Both the position numbers and the translations under genes were made by a program. From Nitrospirota bacterium (GTDB taxonomy: Bacteria; Nitrospirota; Nitrospiria; Nitrospirales; Nitrospiraceae), in contig CAVPBK010000006.1 of NCBI GenBank assembly GCA_963701855.1, positions 64,001 to 128,000 on the forward strand: a DNA stretch of 64,000 bases. The letters are read 5' to 3'. The notes below the pieces were generated by a model that ran no database searches, was not told the origin of the DNA, and worked only from the letters and a program-made list of their open reading frames with translations. Each line of letters begins with the position of its first letter. Position 1 is the stretch's first letter. Of this stretch, positions 51,570-59,659 are shown piece after piece.

Positions 51570-53580
51570 ATGAAACCCAACCTTCACAATGAAACCACTC
51601 AGTGGTCGGCCACGCCCGATGACCTCTCTCATTCCGATATTGAAGACCGTACAGGGGCCGAGACATTGCTTGCCGGAGAAAATCGCCTACTCGAGATGCT
51701 CGCCACCGGATGTACGCTCACGGAATTTCTTGACGCTTTGTGCCGACTCATCGAAGAGAGCGCGAGCGGAACTCTCTGTGGGATTGTGCTGGTAGATTCT
51801 ATCGGCAATCGGCTACAGCATGGTGCAGCGCCCAGCCTTCCTCTCAGCTACAACGAGTCGATCCATGGCAGACCGGTGAATCTCCTATCAGGTCCCTGCG
51901 CCATGGCGGTCTCTCTCAAAGAACAAGTGATTGCCGCCGATGTCGCGTCGGACACAAGATGGGATACATACAAATGGCGTACTCTGGCAATGGCACATGG
52001 GCTGCGGGCCTGTTGGTCCACGCCTATCTTGTCATCCAATGACACAGTATTGGGCGCCTTCGCAATCTACTCGCGCGAACCTGGTAGCCCTAGTGCGTAC
52101 CATCAACACCTCATCGGACAGATCACGCATCTGGCGACGGTAGCTATTGAGCATAAGCATAGGGAGGAGAAGCTCCGTCAAGACGAACGGGAGCTTCGGC
52201 GCATCACCGACGCCATCGATCAACGCATTGCTGTCCACGGGCCTGATGGAAAAATACTCTATGCGAACCGAGTGATGCTCGAATATAGCGGCCTGAGCAT
52301 GGAAGACGTCATGGCGGATGACTTTCGCGCACGGCTCGCTCATCCTGATGATTTGGAGCGATCACGGGTCGAGCGCCAGCAGGGGATCGAACGCGGAACC
52401 CCGTTTGAACTTGAGTTGCGCGCTCGCCGCAAGGACGGACAGCACCGCTGGTTTCTCGTCCGCTATAACCCGTTCCGGGACGATGAGGGACGGATCATTC
52501 GCTGGTATTCGACCGGAACCGACATCGACGACCGTAAACGAGACGAAGAGAGGACTCAAAAAGAAAACTTGGCATTGCGCGAAGAGATCGATCACTCTTC
52601 GATGTTCGAGGAAATCGTCGGTTCGTCGGAACGTCATCCGCAACATACTGAAGCAAGTCACCAAAGTGGCACCGTCGGATTCCACGGTACTCGTGCTGGG
52701 TGAGACCGGGACGGGGAAGGAGCTTATTGCCCGGGCCATTCACAAGCGCTCGAAACGGTCGTCCCGGGCGTTTATTACCGTCAATTGCGCGGCGATCCCC
52801 GCGTCGCTCATTGCCTCTGAGCTGTTCGGACACGAGAAAGGCGCGTTTACGGGTGCGATGCAACGGCGTCTCGGGCGATTTGAACTAGCCGATGGCGGGA
52901 CGATCTTCCTTGACGAAATCGGGGACCTACCGGCCGAGACTCAAATCGCTCTCCTGAGAGTCCTGCAAGAGGGAGAAATTGAACGGGTCGGCGGCAGCCA
53001 ATCGATTTCTGTGGACGTGCGCGTGCTGGCCGCCACGAACCGCGACCTGAAGGAGGCCATGGCGGCAGGCACATTTCGTCAGGATCTCTTTTACCGGCTG
53101 AATGTCTTCCCAATTCAGGTTCCCGCGTTACGCGAACGGATAGACGACATCCCGTTACTCGTCAGCTACCTGATTGAGCGCTATGCGAAGAGGGCCGGGA
53201 AACAGATTAGGAACATACAGAAAGAAACCCTGGAGTTATTTCAAGCATACGACTGGCCCGGCAACATTCGCGAGCTACAGAATGTCATCCAGCGAGCTAT
53301 CGTGCTGTGCGAGAACGAAACATTTTCCGTCGACGAGACCTGGCTGAAACGGGAGAAGCGCCGGCTGTCGGGGTCGGTGATTCCCTTAGGCGCCACGCTC
53401 GCCGAGCACGAAAAAGAAATTATTGAAGCTGCGTTGACGGATTGCGGGGGGCAGGTTAGCGGCCCAACCGGCGCCGCGGCCAAGCTCGGACTCCCAAGGC
53501 AGACACTTGAGTCGAAAATCACGGCCCTGGGAATTAACAAGCATCGGTTCAAGACCCGACAAGCCGACCATGCACGATAA
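51570..53580 (+). CDS. Sigma54 enhancer-binding protein, GAF-PAS-AAA+-HTH (FhlA-like), split by a +1 insertion
   Basis: GAF ([10 protein letters not shown]), PAS/PAC (HPDD...RRKDG...WF), [30 protein letters not shown]. Removing C52632 restores [17 protein letters not shown]. Confidence 0.9.
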
Positions 53581-53736
53581 AAAGACCGTACGTTGTTTGC
53601 TCGCCAACTGTAAGAGCCGGTCTCTCGCGAATTGTTCCTTCTGGTTTAGACAGCTCCTCTGATTTCGTCCCCTCCCACCGCCTTCAACCCAATCGGTTCG
53701 GAGAATTAGAACGTCCCCTAATATTTCTGCCTCATT

Positions 53737-53770
53737 TGCCGATCATTCAGCAAATGCTGAAATTTCGGCA
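53737..53770. promoter_or_regulatory. Tandem palindromic enhancer-like sites upstream of the ftsH cluster
   Basis: TGCCGATCATTCAGCA (53737-53752) and TGCTGAAATTTCGGCA (53755-53770). Confidence 0.75.
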
Positions 53771-53812
53771 GTTGCTTTCACGCCAAGTACAAGCATCTCA
53801 ATCGTTTACAAC

Positions 53813-53828
53813 TGGCCTCTTCATTGCA
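53813..53828 (+). promoter_or_regulatory. Putative sigma54 promoter
   Basis: TGGCCTCTTCATTGCA has GG-N10-GC spacing, 35 bp before the ATG at 53864. Confidence 0.78.
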
Positions 53829-53863
53829 CTAGTTTTATATCGTTCAGGTCGCAGAGGTCACAG

Positions 53864-54130
53864 ATGACAATAAAGTTTGAAAAAGAAACCCGCCGTCTCA
53901 AGACGATGATTTGTCTGAGCGGTCGGCTGCAAGCGAGACATCTGGAGGAATTGAAGAGGCAAATGGAAGGAACTCGGTCGCGAATTGCGCTGGACCTCAA
54001 CGGAGTGACGCTCGTGGATGTCGAGATAATTCGATTTCTGAACGCCTGTGAGAAATGCGGTGTCGAGCTCCTCAATTGCTGGCCGTACATACGGGAGTGG
54101 ATGATCTGTGAGAAAGGCAGGGAAGGATAA
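53864..54130 (+). CDS. Small STAS-like protein
   Basis: LSGRLQ...IALDLNGVTLVD...FL...GVELLNC..YIREW. Confidence 0.75.
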   Translation: MTIKFEKETRRLKTMICLSGRLQARHLEELKRQMEGTRSRIALDLNGVTLVDVEIIRFLNACEKCGVELLNCWPYIREWMICEKGREG

Positions 54131-54183
54131 GGCGATGCAGTTCAGACAACCACAATCAGCCCATATAAAAGGAGGGAATTCCA

Positions 54184-54300
54184 ATGCCAAATATTACTGT
54201 TCAAAATGGAGATCACACCATGAAGCACATCATTTTCTTCATTCTTGGTGCCGTGATTCTTATTGGTCTGGTACTGGCTACTGGTCTCCTCAGACCCTAA
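54184..54300 (+). CDS. Small single-TM peptide (38 aa, or 26 aa from ATG 54220)
   Basis: Strong RBS AAGGAGG before ATG 54184; MPNITVQNGDHTMKHIIFFILGAVILIGLVLATGLLRP-stop. Below the ORF-track cutoff. Confidence 0.55.
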   Translation: MPNITVQNGDHTMKHIIFFILGAVILIGLVLATGLLRP

Positions 54301-54466
54301 AACCGAATGCTACGGCTTTGGCGGATGCCCAGACCATGCGACAGATTCCTTTGTCTCAGCCCGTCAGCAAGAAGACCAAAGAGAACACGTCAAACAGAAG
54401 CGTGAGCGCAACAACCCCAATCCTTCGATCCACCTAGGATCGTGACAGAGAGAGGAACTAATTGCG

Positions 54467-56287
54467 ATGCCAGTGAATAAAAAAATATCCTTTTCGGTCC
54501 TGTGTGTCTTTCTCACGATTGGGGCAGTCATGTTCGTGCACAATTTCATCACGCCCATGCAGATGCTTGAAGAGCTTCCGTATAGCGAATTTAAGGCGCT
54601 CCTGGCGGACGGCAATGTGGCGGAGGTCACGGTCACTCGTCAGTCATTGCTCGGGAAACTGAAGCCGGAAGAAGGATCAAAAGAACCGAAGCTGTTTACG
54701 ACTGTCCGGGTTGAAGATCCTGATTTAGTCAAGGAACTCAACGTACGCAACGTCAAGTTCACCGGCATGATTGAGAATACGTTCTTGCGAGATATCATGT
54801 GGTGGGTCATTCCTGCGCTAATCTTTGGCGGTATCTGGTTTTTTGTGATTCGGCGCCTCGGTCAGGGGCTTGGACAGGGTCAAAAAGGGTTCATGACCGT
54901 GGGGAAGTCGAAGGCGAAGATCTATGCGGAGAAGGATACGAAAGTGACTTTCGCGGATGTAGCCGGCGTGGAGGAGGCGAAGGAAGAACTGGGCGAGGTG
55001 ATTGATTTTCTCAAGACGCCGGAAAAATTCACGCGTCTCGGAGGAAAGATTCCGAAAGGCATCCTGCTCGTCGGTCCGCCTGGAACCGGCAAGACGCTCC
55101 TGGCTCGCGCTGTGGCAGGAGAGGCAGGCGTGACGTTTTTCAGCATCAGCGGGTCCGAGTTTGTGGAAATGTTTGTGGGAGTGGGGGCCTCCCGCGTGCG
55201 AGATCTGTTCGAGCAGGCGAAGATCAAGGCACCCTGTATTATCTTCATCGACGAACTGGATGCGTTGGGAAAAGCCCGTGGGGCAGGACCCATGGCGCAT
55301 GAGGAGCGTGAACAAACCCTGAATCAGTTGCTGGTCGAGATGGACGGCTTTGATCCCCGCATCGCCGTCATTCTGATGGCGGCGACCAATCGGCCTGAAA
55401 TCTTGGATCCTGCACTGTTGCGGCCAGGCCGGTTCGACAGGCAAGTCTTGGTCGATCGCCCGGATAAGATCGACCGTCTGGCCATCTTGCGCGTTCATGC
55501 CAAGAAGGTAACCCTCGGTCTCGATGCGGACCTCGAGGTGATCGCTGGGATGACCCCAGGATTCTCAGGCGCCGACCTCGCCAATATCGTCAATGAAGCA
55601 ACGCTCTTGGCTGTGCGCCGGAATAAAGGGCAGGTGGGTCTCCCAGAATTGCAGGAAGCGGTGGAGCGGGTCGTCGCCGGGTTGGAGAAGAAAAACCGAG
55701 TCCTCAACAAGATGGAGAAGGAACGCGTCGCCTACCATGAAGTGGGCCACGCCTTGGTAGCGTTGTCGTTTCCTGGCTCAGACCCGATACAGAAGATCTC
55801 CATCATTCCTCGCGGGATTGCTGCCTTGGGTTATACCCTGCAGCTTCCGACGGAGGATCGCTTTCTGATGGCCAAGACGGAGTTGGAAAACAAAATTGCC
55901 GTCTTACTCGGAGGGCGGAATGCGGAAGAATTGATCTTCGGCGAGGCCTCCACGGGCGCACAGAACGACTTGGTCAGGGCCACGGACATTGCCAAGAGCA
56001 TGGTCAAATCCTACGGGATGAGCGAAAAGCTAGGCACCGTTACCCTGAATCGTGAACGCCAGCCTCTCATCATGCAGATTCAGGCGCCTCAGGAAAAAGG
56101 CGACTACTCTGAGGAGACCGCCCGCGAGATCGACTGTGAAGTGCGCCGTATCATCGACGAGCAATACGATCGCGTGAGATGGCTCTTAGCTGAAAAGAAA
56201 CGCGCACTCGTAGAAGGAGCAAGAGCCCTGCTCGATCGCGAGGTAATCAGTGGTAGTGAGCTTAAAGTCATCATGGACAATCACTGA
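54467..56287 (+). CDS. ftsH: ATP-dependent zinc metalloprotease FtsH
   Basis: Two TM helices, [52 protein letters not shown]. Confidence 0.97.
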   Translation: MPVNKKISFSVLCVFLTIGAVMFVHNFITPMQMLEELPYSEFKALLADGNVAEVTVTRQSLLGKLKPEEGSKEPKLFTTVRVEDPDLVKELNVRNVKFTGMIENTFLRDIMWWVIPALIFGGIWFFVIRRLGQGLGQGQKGFMTVGKSKAKIYAEKDTKVTFADVAGVEEAKEELGEVIDFLKTPEKFTRLGGKIPKGILLVGPPGTGKTLLARAVAGEAGVTFFSISGSEFVEMFVGVGASRVRDLFEQAKIKAPCIIFIDELDALGKARGAGPMAHEEREQTLNQLLVEMDGFDPRIAVILMAATNRPEILDPALLRPGRFDRQVLVDRPDKIDRLAILRVHAKKVTLGLDADLEVIAGMTPGFSGADLANIVNEATLLAVRRNKGQVGLPELQEAVERVVAGLEKKNRVLNKMEKERVAYHEVGHALVALSFPGSDPIQKISIIPRGIAALGYTLQLPTEDRFLMAKTELENKIAVLLGGRNAEELIFGEASTGAQNDLVRATDIAKSMVKSYGMSEKLGTVTLNRERQPLIMQIQAPQEKGDYSEETAREIDCEVRRIIDEQYDRVRWLLAEKKRALVEGARALLDREVISGSELKVIMDNH

Positions 56288-56390
56288 AATGCAACCGCAC
56301 ATATGCAGATGCTCGAAATCCTAGCAGGAAGAACAGCGGGAACGCCGCGAAGTGTCAGACGCAAGACCCCATCAAGAAAGGAGACATGTA

Positions 56391-56633
56391 ATGAGGTGCG
56401 CACGCTGTGATGGATTGATGGTGCATGAGACGTTTGAAGACCTTATAGGACTCGGGTCAGGTGACCATGAGTATGCCGGATGGCGCTGCATCAACTGTGG
56501 GGCGATTGTCGATCCCGTGATTCCTGCACATCAATGTCTCACGTCGCAGACAGCAGCGACTAATCCGGCATTGCACGCTGTCTCCTTAGTCTCAAGGGCC
56601 AGACCCAGCAGAAGCAGACGATCAACATGGTGA
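56391..56633 (+). CDS. Small CxxC...CxxC zinc-ribbon protein
   Basis: RBS AGGAG; MRCARCDGLM...GWRCINCGAIVDPVI. Confidence 0.8.
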   Translation: MRCARCDGLMVHETFEDLIGLGSGDHEYAGWRCINCGAIVDPVIPAHQCLTSQTAATNPALHAVSLVSRARPSRSRRSTW

Positions 56634-56732
56634 TCCAATGATACCCGATAACCACGCAGAGATACGGAGACCGGTTTCTTCTACTCGTTTGGATGGCGCC
56701 GCAGCTCTGCACGGCGTCTCCCGCTGAGGTGG

Positions 56733-56765
56733 GCAGGCCTCTCCTTACACCCCGGAGGGGCCTGT
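56733..56765 (+). terminator. GC-rich hairpin, possible terminator or processing site
   Basis: GCAGGCCTCTCC / GGAGGGGCCTGT, weak U tract. Confidence 0.45.
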
Positions 56766-56882
56766 CTCTTCAGTGAACAATCAGAAGCGGATGACAAGAA
56801 TGAAGGAGCGGGACTGTCGGAAGTGATGAGGAGGGCAGCATGGACCAGAATTTAGCAAGGTCCCAAAACAGGGAGGTTGGCC

Positions 56883-57464
56883 ATGATTAAGCAAATGACA
56901 CGAGCAGGTTCTATGGTGCTCCTTCTTGTTGCCACGCTGCACCTCGGCTTAGCCGCTGCGCATGGAGGAGCGGATTTGGAATTAGACCCTTGCGTGCGCT
57001 GGGTCGGTGAAAGCGCAGTGCATTTCAGTACCTACCAGCCGCAGTATGAACTGAAAGCTCAATACTGCACAGACATTCCCAAGACAGGCGAGACCTTCCT
57101 GGTCGTGGACCTCGTGGACCCGGCATTGCGTAACGTGCCGGTCGGCATGCGAATCGTGAAGGGGAACGGAAACAATGAGGCAGAAGTTCAGACGGTGGCA
57201 GACTGGCGTCCAAGCCATCACCCGGCCGGAGTAATCAGTGGAGAAACCAATCTGGATGAGGGTCTGTACAGAGTCATCATTACAGCGGAGGGGCGGAATC
57301 CTTTGCGCTATCAGTATCTCTTGCGTGTACAGATGATCGATTATCAGAAGTTGGTGAATTCCGTGGTGGTACCACTGCTCGGCGTACTGTTATGCGCCTG
57401 GCTGGGGTACAAGCTCCTACGATCGAAGTGGCTGCGGAATCGGTGGGCAGGCGTCCGTTCGTAG
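56883..57464 (+). CDS. AmoD/AmoE (PmoD-family) periplasmic protein with C-terminal membrane anchor
   Basis: Signal peptide then HGG; DPC...VHFSTYQP...YCTDIPKTGETFLVVDLVDPALRNVPVGMRI; C-terminal TM helix. Matches the amo/pmo orf4/orf5 pattern from recall. Confidence 0.8.
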   Translation: MIKQMTRAGSMVLLLVATLHLGLAAAHGGADLELDPCVRWVGESAVHFSTYQPQYELKAQYCTDIPKTGETFLVVDLVDPALRNVPVGMRIVKGNGNNEAEVQTVADWRPSHHPAGVISGETNLDEGLYRVIITAEGRNPLRYQYLLRVQMIDYQKLVNSVVVPLLGVLLCAWLGYKLLRSKWLRNRWAGVRS

Positions 57465-57524
57465 GAAGCCGGGCGCTCCAGCGCGCGAGCACATGGTTCA
57501 CCATTTCAGAGTAGGAGGCTGACA

Positions 57525-57764
57525 ATGGCTATGCAATTTCTGAAACTTTCTGGCCTGCGCTTCGTGACATCGCAAACCGACACACCTTTGAAAAAGAAAG
57601 GCAAGATTCCCTGGTATGTCTACTTTATCGGAGCCGCAATCTATACCGCTCTTGCCGGTTGGCTGTTCGCGGAATCGTCTCCTCTGGCATGGATTTGCCT
57701 CATCAGCGCGCCGGTGGGGTTTTTCTATGCCTGGGGAGCCTGGAAAAAAGAGAAACAAGGCTAG
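57525..57764 (+). CDS. Small two-TM membrane protein
   Basis: RBS AGGAGG; two hydrophobic helices. Confidence 0.65.
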   Translation: MAMQFLKLSGLRFVTSQTDTPLKKKGKIPWYVYFIGAAIYTALAGWLFAESSPLAWICLISAPVGFFYAWGAWKKEKQG

Positions 57765-57942
57765 AGGTACAGTCTAAACCCTGTGCGACAACGAGCCCGA
57801 CTATGGTGCGATGGACAGAATCCACTCCTTAATAAGCCCGGTTGCCGAGCTGAGGTCGCTAGAGAGCACTGGATCGAAAAAAGACGGCCAATGGCCAACT
57901 GCTCCAATCAAGCGGAGACGTCATGGATGAGGAGGAAATCTG

Positions 57943-58593
57943 ATGGAATCATTGATGGACACTCTTGTCGACCGTCGGGCAAACAACAATGCGGGTCTTA
58001 TACCGTTCCCCGCTCCAACCTATGCGCAAGCTCGCTGGTTCTTCGGCGGTTTGGTACGCGCCATGTATCGACTCGAGGTGGTCGGCGCCGAGCGCCTCCC
58101 CATCACCGGGCCTGTGGTGTTCGCACCGAATCACGACTCGTTGCTCGACGGAATCGTCCTCGGAGCAGCGATCTCAAGGGAACTCCGTTTCCTCGCGAAG
58201 GCAGAGCTCTGGCAGTCCCGACTGCTTGGGTGGATGCTCGACGGGCTCGGCGCGATCGGGATTACGCGTGGTTGCGGCGACCACCTCGCTCTCGCTCGGA
58301 TGCGGCAGGCGCTCAACGCAGGACAGGCTGTTGCAATCTTCCCGCAAGGCGCCGTTCGCGGCGACCGCGTGTGGCACCGGGGTGCCGCGCGCATGGCGCT
58401 CGTGACGGGCGCGCCTCTTGTGCCGGTCCGCCTTGTCGGCACAGCACGGGCTCTCTCACGGGACAGAATCGGCTTCCCGCGGTTGCGAGTCATCTTCGGA
58501 GAGCCTATCAAAGTCATGCGGGAGCAGGAAGAGCCGATTGCGGCGACAAAGCTGACCGAGCGGTTACGAATCGCGGTCGAATCGCTGACCTAG
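57943..58593 (+). CDS. Lysophospholipid acyltransferase (PlsC family)
   Basis: NHDSLLD (HX4D), FLAKAEL, IFPQG, VPV. Confidence 0.9.
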   Translation: MESLMDTLVDRRANNNAGLIPFPAPTYAQARWFFGGLVRAMYRLEVVGAERLPITGPVVFAPNHDSLLDGIVLGAAISRELRFLAKAELWQSRLLGWMLDGLGAIGITRGCGDHLALARMRQALNAGQAVAIFPQGAVRGDRVWHRGAARMALVTGAPLVPVRLVGTARALSRDRIGFPRLRVIFGEPIKVMREQEEPIAATKLTERLRIAVESLT

Positions 58594-58701
58594 TCCACCT
58601 CTCATATTCTGAGCATACGTCTCCCGCAAGTACGAGAACGCCTCAGCCCAGATCCACACCCTCCCTCATCCATCAATCATAAGAGAGTGGTCAGATTGTC
58701 G

Positions 58702-58760
58702 TTCACTGCGCGCATCGAACGGGCACATTCTTATCGTGCGCGTTCTGCGAGCAGGAAGGA
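58702..58760. repeat. Family-B repeat, direct copy of 42675-42733
   Basis: 57/59 identity. Confidence 0.92.
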
Positions 58761-58975
58761 CATCTGGCCGCGCCCGCTCTTCTAACCATCACGAACAGAT
58801 CCTAACGACGACCTGCGATAGAAAAGACACTCCTCCCTTCTTTTACTCGAATGCTGCCCGTTCCTATCCGCTCTCGCTCATCCTCGCACGCCGCATCTGC
58901 GACCTCTCAAGACTCCACCTACATGACCGATAGCACACACATCCATTCACAGAATCAATCGAACACGAGGGCTCC

Positions 58976-59659
58976 ATGCTCTGCTGGTCACCATCGATAC
59001 AAACGAGCGCCTTCCTCACGGCATTCTTGCTGGCGATCTCACTCTATGAAGGGCAGGTATACGGCGCCCCGCGGGAGCAATTAATTCCCATCTTGGGCGT
59101 AACCACGGGCCAAAATCAGGTCGGCACGGTCTCCTATGTGAGGGTTTCGTTCGACGAACGGCAAGACCAGGCAGGACTGATGCTGCACTTCCACCCGACA
59201 CCGGGACGATTCTCGCACATGGCCCAGACTTCAATCGAACAGGCGATCAGACGGAGCGCGCGATCCCTGGGCATCTCCACCGACTCTTGGACGGTCAAAC
59301 TCTCCATTCCCTATGAAGGCATGACGATCTACGGGGACAGTGTGTCAGCGATGGTGAGCCTCAGCGTCGCGGCCATGGCACAAGGCAAGATGGTACCGAC
59401 CGGCCACGTACTGACGGGAACGATCACTCCCGAAGGTGAGATCGGCCCGGTCGGATCTGTCCCGTTAAAAATACAGGCGGCAAGGGCAGCGAAACTCCGC
59501 CGAGTCGTGGTATCCAAGCAGACACCTGCTACCGAGAGTACAGGGAGCCTTCCGGTCTCGATCCAGGTATCGACGGTGCAATCGGTCCCAGAAGCCTTGG
59601 ATGCCCTCACCGACTCATCGCCCGCGAATTCAGCTATCACCGAAGGCGAACCACGGTAA
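58976..59659 (+). CDS. Exported Lon-type (S16) protease domain without ATPase
   Basis: N-terminal hydrophobic signal; YGDSVSA (Ser), TGTITPEGEIGPVG, PLKIQAA (Lys). Confidence 0.8.
   Translation: MLCWSPSIQTSAFLTAFLLAISLYEGQVYGAPREQLIPILGVTTGQNQVGTVSYVRVSFDERQDQAGLMLHFHPTPGRFSHMAQTSIEQAIRRSARSLGISTDSWTVKLSIPYEGMTIYGDSVSAMVSLSVAAMAQGKMVPTGHVLTGTITPEGEIGPVGSVPLKIQAARAAKLRRVVVSKQTPATESTGSLPVSIQVSTVQSVPEALDALTDSSPANSAITEGEPR

Noticed and set aside
56841..56857. Separate sigma54 promoter for the amoD/E-like gene (TGGACCAGAATTTAGCA)
   Set aside because: GG to GC spacing is 11 nt, not the required 10.
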